Origin: Veleropilina oligotropha
Taxonomy: Eukaryota
Length of the DNA: 20,000 nucleotides
Reading direction: 5' to 3'
NCBI GenBank assembly: GCA_048128005.1
Contig: JBEUKZ010000035.1
Span: forward strand, 50,133-70,132
The position numbers were made by a program, and so were the translations under genes. The notes below the pieces were generated by a model. That model ran no database searches. It was not told the DNA's origin and saw only the letters and a program-made list of their open reading frames with translations. Shown one piece after another: positions 1 to 11,521 of this stretch; positions within the stretch are counted from its first letter, which is position 1, and every line of letters starts with the position of its first letter.

Positions 1-1228
1 TAGTTGCGTATGTTTCTTCTCGTCATGTAAGATAGCTTGACAACAATATTATATATATTGCCCAGTTACAATAATAATTTCAATAAAGTCTATCATTTCA
101 TCATATAATATCAATCATATCGTCGCAAAATTTATATCAATCTGTGCGATAGAGGGTGATCAGTCATGCTACACAGTCACGAAAAGAGTGCATTTACGGG
201 CAATAGTCTCTTTATGTGAAATTATCAGTATATTCATTCAGTATATGTTAAAATGATATCCGGAAGTTTCGCAACTAAACCAACCTGTTCGTCGAAAGAC
301 GTTTCGTCGCATTTTACAGTAAAAGGTTCGTCGATCGACCATTTTATCGATCCAGTTCGTCGAATTTTCGATGAAAAGTCTTTTACTTATTAAATTAGCT
401 TTCCTTGCTTGTATAAAATTTAAATAACAATATTATAAACTAATTAACCTTCACACATTGGCATGCGCTGTAGTCTTATTGTTTATATAACAATTGAATA
501 ATGACTGCAGTGTTGAAGACAATGAAATGAATGTTGAATAAGAACGGACTCGTCAAATTCAATTCCAGTGTTTATACTGCAATTATCATTTACTGACAAA
601 CAATTTGCAATTATTTACAAAACAGACATCCATGAAGCTCAACAACACTCGAATACGCAGAAATAAGGAGTAGGCCTATTTATTTTATGCGACAAGGGAA
701 ATAATATAACAAAAGGCCTACATATGTCGTGAGATTTTGAGATCACTGGTTCGATTCCCAAAATATTTTATGTATTGTTTTGTTATTACGTAAGTTGTGT
801 TACGATTTGTGATTACAGTAATATTTATATTATTGTAATTCATATTGTTCGTATACATTTCTGACTTTCACCATCATGTTCCTTAGCCCCGGGGCAAGGG
901 TTTGCAATCTCTTCGGATTGCCCTTGTTTTAATTATTTATTCATGATTTTTTTATTTTGTTTTCCTTTTGTAGGTCTATATATAAAGTGACAACTGGAAT
1001 CGTGTCAATTTCCAATGAAAAGATGACCATCTTCAGTGTCTTGCAGACCAAGTCACGTGACGTGCTAACAAATAAGATGAAAGCGCAGTAAATGATGTGT
1101 AACTGGCAATATACTCAAATGGTACATGACCATGATGTCCCAATAAGCAACACATAGCGATTATGCTCCCAATGCAATCAACTGAACGTATGTGCCAAGA
1201 TGTCTACAAGCCTCTGTAATCCACATAA

Positions 1229-1636
1229 GTGACAGTTTATGAATACAGGACAGGAGAGAAAACAACGCAATGTCATTTGTGTGACGAGACATTTTCACAG
1301 AAGTCCAGTCCTGACTTAAACCAAGTCCACACTGGTAGAACTCCATATCAATGTATTGTGTGCACTCCGACATTTTCAAAGGCAAGAAGTCTCAATCCAC
1401 ATAGAAGATAATTTGCATCAATGTGAAGGGTGCAAGCAGAAATTTTCACAAACAAGTCATTGTAAGGACAAAGATGCTAGTTCATACTGGGGAGAAACAG
1501 TTTCAATGTGGGGTGTGCACTCAGACATTTTCAAAAGGAGACGATGTTAAGCGGCACATGTTAGTTCATTCTGGTGAAAAACCGTATCAATGTGTTTTGT
1601 GTAATTACTAATAAGACCAGTCACCTTAACGAACAC
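1229..1636 (+). pseudogene. Degenerate, frameshifted C2H2 fingers upstream of the main ZF ORF
   Basis: Finger-like peptides in different frames ([57 protein letters not shown]) broken by stops and frameshifts. A polypyrimidine tract plus TAG acceptor-like site lies at about 945-973. Confidence 0.75.
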
Positions 1637-3343
1637 ATGCGAATCCAGACTGGAGAGAAACCGTATCAATGCCATATGTGTAACGCGACTTTTTCACAAG
1701 CAAGTCAAGATATGGAGCACATGGTAGTTCATACTGGTCATAAACGGCTCCAATGTGTTTTCTGTAATAAGACGTTTTCACGAGCAAGTCATGTTAAAAG
1801 ACACATCCTAAGTCATACTGGCGAGAAACCGTATCAATGCAATATGTGTAATGCGACTTTTTCACAAGCAAGCAAAGTTAAGGTGCACATGTTTGTTCAT
1901 ACTGTTGATAAACCATATCAATGTATTTTTTGCAATAAGATGTTTCCACAAGCAAGTAGTCTTAAAAGGCACATGGAAACCCATACTGGAGAGAAACCGT
2001 ATCAATGTGTGTTGTGCAATAAGACGTTTTCACGATCAAGTACTCTTAACAATCACATGCACATCCATACAGGAGAGAAACCATATCATTGTGTTTTGTG
2101 TAATAAGACATTTTCAGATACAGGTACCCTTAGGAAGCACACACGAGTCCATACTGGTGAAAAACCATATCAATGTGTGTTGTGTGATAAGACTTTTTCA
2201 CGAGCATGCAGTCTTAAGGCGCACATGCTAGTTCATACTGGAGAGAAACCGTATCAATGCAGTATGTGTAGTAAGACGTTTTCACGAGCAAGTCGTGTTA
2301 AGAGACACATCCTAAGTCATACTGGAGAGAAACCGTATCAATGCAATATGTGTAATGCGACGTTTTCACAAGCAAGTCATGTTAAGAGGCACATCCTAAG
2401 TCATACTGGAGAGAAACCGTATCAATGCAATATGTGTAATGCGACTTTTTCACAAGCAAGCAAAGTTAAGGTGCACATGTTTGTTCATACTGTTGATAAA
2501 CCATATCAATGTGTTTTTTGCAATAAGATGTTTCCACAAGCATTTAGTCTTAAGAGGCACATGAAAACCCATACTGGAGAGAAACCGTATCAATGTGTGT
2601 TGTGCAATAAGACGTTTTCACGATCAAGTACTCTTAACAATCACATGCAAATCCATACAGGAGAGAAACCATATCATTGTGTTTTGTGTAATAAGACATT
2701 TTCAGATACAGGTACCCTTAGGAAGCACACACGAGTCCATACTGGTGAAAAACCGTATCAATGTGTGTTGTGTGATAAGACGTTTTCACAATCGAGCAGT
2801 CTTAAGGCACACATGTATATCCATACTGGAGAGAAACCATATCATTGTGGTTTGTGTAATAAGATATTTTCAGATGCATGTGGCCTTAGGAAGCACACAC
2901 GAGTCCATACTGGTGAAAAACCATATCAATGTGTGTTGTGTGATAAGACGTTTTCACAAGCATGCAGTCTTAAGGCACACATGTATATCCATACTGGAGA
3001 GAAACCATATCAATGCAATATGTGTAATAAGACGTTTTCACAAGCAGTTCATCTTAAGACGCACGTGGTAGTTCATACTGGCGAGAAACCGTATCATTGT
3101 GTTTTCTGTAATAAGAAATATACAGATGCAAGTAATATTAATAGGCACGTAAGAGCGGTCCATACTGGAGCGAAACTGCATCGATGTGTTTTGTGTAATA
3201 CGACATTTTCTGAGGCAAGTGATCTTAAGAGGCACATGCGTATTCATACTGAGGAGAAACAGTTTCAGTGTGGGGTGTGCTCTCAGACATTCGCACAAGG
3301 ATGTGATGTTAAGCAGCACATGTTACTCCATGTTAATCCGTAA
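1574..3343 (+). CDS. Tandem C2H2 (Kruppel-type) zinc-finger protein with 20 fingers; possibly the surviving part of a decaying ZF gene
   Basis: 20 CxxC-x12-HxxxH units (one HxxxxH) joined mostly by TGEKPY-type linkers, 84-bp period. First in-frame ATG is at 1637. The listed start at 1574 is a GTG lying in frameshifted upstream sequence. Confidence 0.9.
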   Translation: MKNRINVFCVITNKTSHLNEHMRIQTGEKPYQCHMCNATFSQASQDMEHMVVHTGHKRLQCVFCNKTFSRASHVKRHILSHTGEKPYQCNMCNATFSQASKVKVHMFVHTVDKPYQCIFCNKMFPQASSLKRHMETHTGEKPYQCVLCNKTFSRSSTLNNHMHIHTGEKPYHCVLCNKTFSDTGTLRKHTRVHTGEKPYQCVLCDKTFSRACSLKAHMLVHTGEKPYQCSMCSKTFSRASRVKRHILSHTGEKPYQCNMCNATFSQASHVKRHILSHTGEKPYQCNMCNATFSQASKVKVHMFVHTVDKPYQCVFCNKMFPQAFSLKRHMKTHTGEKPYQCVLCNKTFSRSSTLNNHMQIHTGEKPYHCVLCNKTFSDTGTLRKHTRVHTGEKPYQCVLCDKTFSQSSSLKAHMYIHTGEKPYHCGLCNKIFSDACGLRKHTRVHTGEKPYQCVLCDKTFSQACSLKAHMYIHTGEKPYQCNMCNKTFSQAVHLKTHVVVHTGEKPYHCVFCNKKYTDASNINRHVRAVHTGAKLHRCVLCNTTFSEASDLKRHMRIHTEEKQFQCGVCSQTFAQGCDVKQHMLLHVNP

Positions 3344-3476
3344 TGGTGAGAAACTATACAATGCATTTTGTGTAATCATAAATTTTCAAGTGCATCTTGT
3401 CTCTGGACTCGCATGTCCATACGGGAGAAAGTTCACAAAGGTGTGCAGTGTAATCAGACACTGCCATTTTAAGTAA
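3344..3476 (+). pseudogene. Decayed zinc-finger remnants downstream of the ZF stop
   Basis: ggtgagaaa...caatgcattttgtgtaat and catactgg-like catacgggagaaa match the finger/linker DNA consensus but are out of frame. Confidence 0.6.
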
Positions 3477-3597
3477 CCATAAAATGCACCTCTCGTATAT
3501 ACTGTTAAGAAGTTAGTTTATAATACAACAACAATGGAGAATGGTAAACCTTGAAACAGTGAATGATTATTATGCAAGTCAATTGCATTACTATATG

Positions 3598-5096
3598 CAG
3601 GGCTGGGCAAATCCACTAGCCCGACGCCCGGGACTAGTAAAAAAACGCAAATTATGGAGTCGGGCTAGCGTATTTATATATCGAGATAGCCCGCGGACTA
3701 GTATGTTTGTTTGCAGCAAAAAATAAATGATATATTGCAATTGCAGTAATTATCATAGATGTGATACCTTAGCGGGAGTAAATTACTGACGAAATATGAA
3801 TCACAAATGTAATGACCAACTACGGGAATTACAGATTATTATATGGCCTACTCAGTACTCGTCAGAATCTCACATAAAGTCAATGTTAACATCGTCGGTA
3901 AACATGAACCAATAAACTTTCAAATGCTAAATATTAATTTATTAACATACATCAAGCTCCTTGTCTTTACTTTCCTTGGTAATCCATTTTCATTGACTTA
4001 AAAGTCCAGAAACAACACTCAAAGTGTTCCTTTGTTGAACTCGACGAATGTTTGACAGTAACTTTTTTGTTTTGACATGCAAAAACTCCATGTGCTTTTG
4101 TGTAGTAATTTCGGAACTACTTTCACATTCATTGATAGATTTCAAATAGTCCCTCAAATTATCGCACCATTTGCGGAAATGTCGCTTGTAATATGAACAA
4201 AAGCACTTCTAATTTAACAGAAGAATTGTATTGGGCTGTTTCTGGAATAATTACTTTCTGAATGAAGGGATTAAATCCAGCTTGGGTTGCTGAATGCAGG
4301 TCCCATTACAATTGACCTATATTAAGTAATGCGTGTTTTATTGGCAGTATTGTTTAGATAGGCTTAGTAGAGGCTTCGTCATGTGCCAATCAAAACAAGG
4401 ATTGCTGGCATACTAGTATTTGAAGAAATACTCGTACAATTATTGGGAATTTATTATATAGTGTACGTGCATAAGCTAATATTTTTATATATATTGCAAC
4501 ATTGAACAAGTTATTTCAAACTAATCAATGCTGATATAAAATGTGAATTCATTTATAAAATTCTAACATAATATATTATTCTTTTGAATGTGTTTGATGA
4601 CTGTGCACAAACAAAAGTTAACATTTGCACATAATTTGTAATTTTCTGCTATATATGTTAAATACAATACAGACAATAAAAATAAATCAACAATTAAAAA
4701 GAAATGATGAAATTACTTGGAAATTCCTTAAAATTACCAAAATCTCAAGAAATGCAATAGCATCATATAGTACATGCACATCATCATGCGTCTTGGTTTA
4801 ATATATTTACCTCACTGCAGTGCTAATATTTAGTTATTTTCCAATGGCGATACTGTCTTGTTGAATGATAATCGACTTAAAACCATATGATACATATTAC
4901 TACAAATTTTTTCTATTTGTTCAACTATATTGTTTTTGTTGATTTAATATATTGCTATTGTTCTGTATAATATACACATTTGAATCTTTTTTTGTGTCAT
5001 AAAAGTCGGGCTAGTATAAAATAGAGCAGGGCTAGTGAAAATTGGAATCTAACTAGCCCTGGGCTAGTGTAAAATTTTGAGATTTGTCCAGCCCTG
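3598..5096. mobile_element. Non-autonomous TIR DNA transposon (hAT/P-like CAGGG termini)
   Basis: TIRs cagggctgggcaaatc (3598-3613) and gatttgtccagccctg (5081-5096) with 1 mismatch. Flanking direct repeat ctatatg (3591-3597, 5097-5103). Clustered subterminal ACTAGCCC/GGGCTAG motifs at both ends. No transposase ORF. Confidence 0.85.
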
Positions 5097-6241
5097 CTAT
5101 ATGTCTGCCAATAACATTAGTATTGTGACCAGTAATGATTGTAACATAATTGAAACGATATTTATGATTTGGATATTATCAGTTATCCTGTCTTTGACAT
5201 GATTTATGGGGTTTTACCAACATTCAAATTCCATATACATGATTTTGAAACCCTTCAATATTCCATATACGGAATAGGTTAATTATTACATAATGAATAT
5301 AATATAGCAACGTTAACGGAACTGGGTATATGTATGTATGCAAACAAAATACATTTGAATTTAATAGCATATGTAGTTAATACATTTTATTGTAACACCG
5401 GACAATTGTCGGGGATAGTATGGTTTGGTCATCGTTCAGACGCCGCCGCAGAGATTTCCTGTTTTTTTTGTAGATTGGAGTTTAAATAAATGTTTTCTAC
5501 ATACAACAAAATTCAATTTGAGCATATGGTCGATTTGCTAGAGTTAATTCCTTGCTATAGCAGATACCATCATAACCACCACATCCGGTGTCATGAAATA
5601 AAAATTATAGTTGTATTATTATGTATGTCAGCACATGAAAATAAACTAATTGTTGATCAAATCATTTTCTAATTTATTATGTATGTACGATTATTTAGCC
5701 TGGTATTTATTTATTTGTTTATGTATATGCATTGTTGAGCTTTAATATATTATAGAACTATCATATATTTTGGTGGCCCATCACTTTACAAGCCCAACGG
5801 GTTTCTAGATGGTTCTCCTTGCCCATAATTTAATATTATTTTGTAAATAATATCATAGAAACATATGCGTTGTATATAATGTACTTTATTATATGCCAGT
5901 CGTTTTCTGACGCCTATTCTCGCGCAGTTTTCCGAGACCCTGTATCACGGACACAGCTGATATGGAAACGGAAAACGTGTCCTGCTTCTATATGCACAGG
6001 AAAACGTCTTCTGCTTATATATTCAAGGAACTACTTCCAAAGCAGTCACGTGTCAAAACACAGCTGTTCACATTCAATAACGATCTGAGTGGGCAGAGGC
6101 AGACGTCATTTGATTAAAATACCATAGATGAAAATACCATAGAGAAAAATGTACAAAATTAGAAATTAATTATTATATATTAGAATAATGTATGCACAAA
6201 ATAATTATTTATAAGACTTACTTGCACAGATTAATTAGCAG

Positions 6242-6530
6242 TACGCCACTAACGGCGAGAATGTGTGCCCCATTTGGGCGTACAACTGTACAGGGAATAC
6301 AAACGGTAGCGACCAGACGATCTTCAGAACTCACCGAAATACCCCTTTTATCTGTCCATAAACCACGCTAGAAAAGCTGCTGGTAATTGGTACAAATCTC
6401 AACCTCTTGGCGAAGGCAGTCTCCGTAATGGTAATATGCGATTATGCTCAACATTGAGCCCGGCACATTACCGGGAGAAGAAGATATAACAAATGGCGGT
6501 CTTCATGGCAGGAAAACAAATCACGAGCTC
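6242..6530 (+). pseudogene. Crypton-type tyrosine recombinase / DUF3504-like fragment
   Basis: Manual translation across frameshifts gives YATNGENVCP..VQLYREYKR*RPDDLQNSPKYPFYLSINHARKAAGNWYKSQPLGEGSLRN...GGLHGRKTNH. This matches the CPV..Y..Y...RP...PFYL...WY..QP.G...TNHS pattern of Crypton/ZMYM-type domains. Confidence 0.65.
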
Positions 6531-7060
6531 ACGTACGTTCCGAAGTCCTCCCGTACCATATACATAATAGTCCCGTTCCAGCCAGTCCTCGAAGCAGCAC
6601 TCAAATATCCTTATACACCTGCACTTTCAGCATAGCCATAACAATTAATTCAAACTCTATAAACGAACACGTCTGACCACGTTACTTGTTTGTTCCTTGT
6701 TCATTCGCCTAAGAAATAGTTCCCATTTAATCGCCTTAATTTAGATTCACGAAAAGCGATAGATTGTAAATAATTAGTTAAATATTATATAAATGGTATT
6801 CCTAATATATGACAGAAAAAATTTTGCTTATAAATGTGTTGTTGTAAAATATACGGCACAACGCAAATAATTATTGTTCACTGGCCTACTGTCAAAATAG
6901 ACGTAGTAAGTTTCATTCATAAAAACCGCATAACATGTATACTGTTCCACGTTGTCATATAGTTCACGTTATTTAAATTAAACCAACAATTTCTTCACAT
7001 AAACTGGTTTGTATTTTTTCGGATAATAATTGACACGATTGATTGTGGCATATAATAAAA

Positions 7061-8044
7061 ATGTTATCAGTATTATGTGGATTCTGTCACCTCGGAAACC
7101 TCTCGTGAGGTCGTAGTTTTTGCGGCGGATTAATCGCTCGAACTTCGTTCTCGCGATTAATCCGCCGCAAAAACTACGACGTCACTCGAGGTTTCCGAGG
7201 TGACAGAATCCACACAATACTGATAACTATGGCGCGGAATCAGTGTCAAAATTATTGATTTTAGCCATGGCATAAATATTTCAGCCATGGCTGAATTCGA
7301 TTTAAGCCATGGCTGAAATAATTTAGCAATGGCTGAAATAATGCAGCCATGGCTGAAATCGAATTCAGCCATGGCTGAAATATTTATGCCATGGCAAAAT
7401 TAACTCATATCATTTTTAACAACCAATAGCAAGCAAGCTACTATCGGGCTATCGATCATCGCAAAGATGCACGTAACTGTATATATAATTATTAAATGTA
7501 CGTAGGCTCATATTTTCCAAGACTACGGCACAAAAACAAAACAGCAAGAGAGTTTCTATTCTAATGTGTGTTCTGGTCTTAGAATGTACAGAAACTGATC
7601 AAATTGTTTCACACTAATAATATTGTGATAATTAAGGCAGTGAGTTGACCAAATGGTCATGGTCCAGCTACAGTGGCATAATTTCCCATTAAGGTCATTA
7701 CCACCAGACTAACGGTCACTATACACACATCGGCCTCTAGAGCTGTGTTGGTAATTTGACGACAGCTAGTGCCTTGCTTGAAACTCCAATATTGATTGGA
7801 CAGACAAACTTTATTTCAGCAATGGCTTAAATAGTTCATATTATTTTAGCCATGGCTAAATTATTTCAGCCATGGCTGAATCATTTTTGCCATGGCTAAA
7901 TGATTTCAGCCATCGCTAGATTATTTCAGCCATGGCTGAAATCTAATTCAGCCATGGCTGAAATCTAATTCAGCCATGGCTGAAACATTTATGCCATGGC
8001 TAAAATCAATAATTTTGACACTGATTCCGCGCCATAGATAACAT
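7061..8044. mobile_element. Short fold-back (palindromic) element whose right arm is interrupted by a nested MITE
   Basis: 7061-~7140 is the near-perfect reverse complement of ~7150-7227 (loop around gaacttcgttc). The terminal atgttatc/gataacat pairing is completed at 8037-8044, after the insertion. Confidence 0.8.
7228..8036. mobile_element. MITE with long TIRs and arrays of palindromic TTCAGCCATGGCTGAA
   Basis: tatggcgcggaatcagtgtcaaaattattgattttagccatggcataaat at 7228 mirrors the end ...gccatggctaaaatcaataattttgacactgattccgcgccata at 8036. Flanked by duplicated gataac (7222-7227, 8037-8042). Many gccatggc palindromes in both arms. Confidence 0.9.
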
Positions 8045-8144
8045 CATTATAATATCACTGCTATTGTATTTTTTGGCTAAATAAATCTTTGATCGATTGA
8101 TTGATACGTTCTCAAGTGCAGTGTGATAGTATATAGTATATTGT

Positions 8145-8484
8145 ATAACAATTTTTGGCGCTTTTTCGGTACTTCTCCAAGGTCCGGCTTTTACTCAACT
8201 TTGGAAATCCGGTTGTTCATCTCCGATAAAAGCACGACTTTGGACGCGTCGTTAATGTTAAATCCATGGGGACTAGCAGCAGGTGAACCTCGGTCAGTCC
8301 AGGCTCACGGGGCGGTCCGGTGTATATATATACGTTTGTAAAGCCAATACAACTACGTACCCATCACGTGCAGGCAGATAATACGCGGACTGTGAAAATT
8401 TAAGACGAATGCAAGCCGGAGCTCCTTAAATATGTATAAAACCGGATATGTGGGGAAGTACCGAAAGAGCACCCAATTTGTTAT
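8145..8484. mobile_element. Degenerate MITE-like element with imperfect ~50-bp inverted ends
   Basis: ataacaatttttggcgctttttcggtacttctcc...ccgg at the left pairs imperfectly with ccgg...ggggaagtaccgaaagagcacccaatttgttat at the right. Confidence 0.55.
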
Positions 8485-9043
8485 CATTTAAATAAGGCAC
8501 AGTAGACGGTACTCAAGTTTTTATAGATGAATAACCATGTTATTGGAATGAACTGAACAAAACATATCATTGAGCAGATGCTGACATTCTTGTATTTTCC
8601 CGCAACATCAGGTGACCATCCCGTATTTTCCCGCAACATCATGTGATCAGTGGCCCAGGCCTTGCCGTTTGAGGCGCGTGACAGCGATCTCTCGTCAAAA
8701 CAAGTCGTTAAGGAGAAAATTATCGCGCGCCTAAAATTTGCTTGAATTACAGAAAATATTGATAATCTCCATGCATAAGTTACTTTACCAATTGCATAAT
8801 GTTAAAGTTCCCACCCATAACCCCACTTAAACATGTCAATGTGCATTTTTCGGCACACATGGCGCTCTCAGCATCCCTCTTTAGCTCAATGTATCGACGT
8901 GTTTAATAGGCCTGTATATTTACCGACTTGTTAGTGACTTGGCGTCGCGACCTCATTAACATTAATAACGAACGAAGATCGTCCTATAGATTCGAGAGAG
9001 ACATGACCACAATGTATACACATACCTGTGCATACCTTGCAAC

Positions 9044-9723
9044 TTGAACCGGATATATTGGTTGAAAATAATTCGCGATGAGAACACGTTACTATATAAA
9101 GTGTACATCATTATGAGACAGCGCTGCGAAGTTCGTAGTGTGACTAGCTGGGCTTCGTGTGTGCGTGATTTTTTGTTCCAGTTACGGTTAAACAACTTGG
9201 TACGAACAATTAAGATACAATTAACTCACCCTAGCATTATGATTACTATTCAACGTTTGCAATATCAATTAAACAATGCTGGCAAACTCTATCAAAACTA
9301 CGCAATTAAACAACATACAAACATAATATGAATTTTGAAAAATATTTGTATTTGCGTAACTGTGAGAGCACAAAGTTGATAGCAGAATTCAGACTTAGCA
9401 CTTGCAAATTAGAAATAAAAGGTAGATTTCTTGGAATGCTGCAGGAAAATACTAGGTTATGTCAGCATTGTACGCAACACGTCATTGAAGACGAATATCG
9501 CTTTATCATGGTGTGCCGTAATTATAAGGATATCAGATTGAAATATTTTCAATACTTCACTAGATGGTCATCAATACAAAATACTAATACATTTAATGTC
9601 ATCAGATTCTCTGAAAGTACTGTCAAGACTTGGCCTCTTTTTAAAACACGCGCTTGTCAAACCGTCCTGGAATACGTAACAGTTGCAAATTGGATACGAT
9701 TATACACCTCAACATCATATTAA
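9044..9723 (+). pseudogene. 3' relic of a non-LTR retrotransposon (LINE) ORF2, C-terminal to the RT domain
   Basis: YWLKI...LYKVY...SWASCVRDFL followed, after a frameshift, by FEKYL...FRLSTCKLEI.GRF...RLCQHC...IEDEYRFIMVC. This is the typical LINE C-terminal CxxC...EDE.H....C pattern with the His lost. Confidence 0.75.
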
Positions 9724-9863
9724 ATTATAGTAATACTGTTTTCATAATGTATACAAAACATACAAATATGTATGCATATATACTTATGTGTATATCTATG
9801 AATGTGAACACTATAAATGAATGAACATGTAAAAACAGTGCAATGCTCCTTCGTTTATTATAA

Positions 9864-10474
9864 CTAGCAATGGTACCCGTCTTCGCCGGGTAAGTCCCCC
9901 CACCCCAATTTTTTTTTTTTTTTTTTTTGGATAGTGCTCCCTTAATTTTTTTGTTTTTCCCGAATTTTCCGAATTTTTTTCGTGGTAAACCTTCCTTGGG
10001 GGACCCCGATTAACCCCCCAAAGTTTGAAGGTCCTAGGTCAAAGCGTCTGGGAGGAGTTCAACTTGAAACAGACACACACACATAAAATTATAGCTCCAT
10101 TATATGAAGATATATAGTAAATTTTTTTTTGTTTCCCGAATTTTCCGAATTTTTTTCGTGGTAAACCTTCCTTGGGGGACCCCGATTAACCCCCCAAAGT
10201 TTGAAGGTCCTAGGTCAAAGCGTCTGGGAGGAGTTCAACTTGAAACAGACACACACACATAAAATTATAGCTCCATTATATGAAGATATATAGTAAAAAA
10301 AATTTTGTTTCCCGAATTTTCCGATTTTTTTTCGTGGTAAACCTTCCTTGGGGGACCCCGATTAACCCCCCAAAGTTTGAAGGTCCTAGGTCAAAGCGTC
10401 TGGGAGGAGTTCAACTTGAAACAGACAGACAGACAGACACGCCCGCATACAATTATAGCTCCATTATATTAAGA
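9864..10474 (-). mobile_element. Non-autonomous Helitron
   Basis: On the minus strand it starts TC (plus 10473-10474 GA) and ends CTAG (9864-9867). It is inserted between A and T with no TSD. Subterminal hairpin acccgtcttcgccgggt (9875-9891) and acag/ac microsatellites are present. Confidence 0.75.
9945..10470. repeat. Three near-identical tandem copies of a 176-bp unit inside the Helitron
   Basis: cgtggtaaaccttccttgggggacccc recurs at 9981, 10157 and 10333. Confidence 0.95.
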
Positions 10475-10816
10475 TTATGAATATAACAACGATTTTCATT
10501 TTATGTAATTATGTAATGTAATGTAATTATGTACAAATATTTGTGATTGGTAAAAACAAAATACTTGTTTAATGCCGGAATAAAATTTAAATATGAAAAA
10601 AAAACTGAAAATTGAACGTAAATAAATACATCACCGCATAAGTAACTTGTTAATAAACAAGTGAGTAAAATTCACTCACAATTAAGTTTAGCCATTTATC
10701 ATTTCATTAAATTATCACATCGCACGAAATTCATAAACACTTTACCGTTACAAGTAAAACAAGTTGAATCGCTAATTGAAGTTTCATGTCACAAAAGTAG
10801 TACCTATGAGTCTACA

Positions 10817-11371
10817 CGACATGTTACGTTTTCCTATACCCGCCCCCCATGTGTAATGATTCTGGGCGACACATTGCGTTTTCCTATACCCGCCCCCCAT
10901 GTGTAATGATTCCACGCGACACATTGCGTTTTCCTATACCTTCCCTATGTATGATTCTGGGCGACACATTGCATTTTGCTATACCTGTGCTGTTACTGGG
11001 CGACACATTGCGTTTTGCTATACCTGTGCTGTTACTGGGCGACACATTGCGTTTTCCTATACCCACATGCGACACATTGCGTTTTCCTATACCTTCCCTA
11101 TGTATGATTCTGGGCGACACATTGCATTTTGCTATACCTGTGCTGTTACTGGGCGACATGTTACGTTTTCCTATACCCGCCCCCTATATGTGTTGTTACT
11201 GGGCGACACATTGCGTTTTCCTATACCCACCTGCGACACATTGCGTTTTCCTATACCTTCCCTATGTATGATTCTGGGCGACACATTGCATTTTGCTATA
11301 CCTGTGCTGTTACTGGGCGACACATTGCGTTTTCCTATACCCACATGCGACACATTGCGTTTTGCTATGCG
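10817..11371. repeat. Terminal (TIR) modular repeat array: 14 copies of a ~25-bp core with a few recurring linkers
   Basis: Core gcgacacattgcgttttcctatacc and variants at about 10817, 10866, 10916, 10961, 11000, 11039, 11069, 11114, 11153, 11203, 11233, 11278, 11317, 11347. Linkers are 5, 14, 20 or 25 bp. Confidence 0.95.
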
Positions 11372-11467
11372 TGTATTTGACGAATCGGCGTTGAGTATGA
11401 ATTACCCCACCTAATACGAACCAATCAAAACAATAATTGTTAATATTATATGTGGGTTTCAAAATGG

Positions 11468-11476
11468 TATAAAAAG
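11468..11476 (+). promoter_or_regulatory. Putative TATA box of the PC4-like gene
   Basis: TATAAAAAG 54 bp upstream of ATG 11522. A CCAAT motif lies at 11421. Confidence 0.5.
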
Positions 11477-11521
11477 TGTGAATAGTCTTTCAATCTCCAC
11501 TATGTCAGTAATACCTAGAAG

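Noticed and set aside
735..760. tRNA or SINE suggested by B-box-like ggttcgattccc
   Set aside because: No cloverleaf or convincing A-box; at most a short SINE remnant.
1851..3476. Alternate-frame and antisense ORFs (1851-2231, 2595-3071, 3038-3319, 3186-3476)
   Set aside because: Shadows of the periodic zinc-finger coding sequence.
5490..6088. Short ORFs 5490-5672 and 5870-6088
   Set aside because: No motifs or coding signal; consistent with chance ORFs in AT-rich DNA.
7157..7372. 71-aa minus-strand ORF
   Set aside because: Spans the MITE/fold-back junction and is made of palindromic repeats.
8592..8648. Short direct duplication gtattttcccgcaacatca
   Set aside because: Two copies only; ordinary slippage duplication with no further support.
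10280..10480. 66-aa ORF
   Set aside because: Lies within the non-coding Helitron tandem unit.
10817..11371. CRISPR array
   Set aside because: Spacers are reused and vary from 5 to 25 bp, there are no cas genes, the context is eukaryotic, and the position fits a Polinton terminal repeat.
10661..11414. Several overlapping ORFs on both strands
   Set aside because: They are translations of the terminal repeat array; the repetitive peptides in all frames are a by-product.
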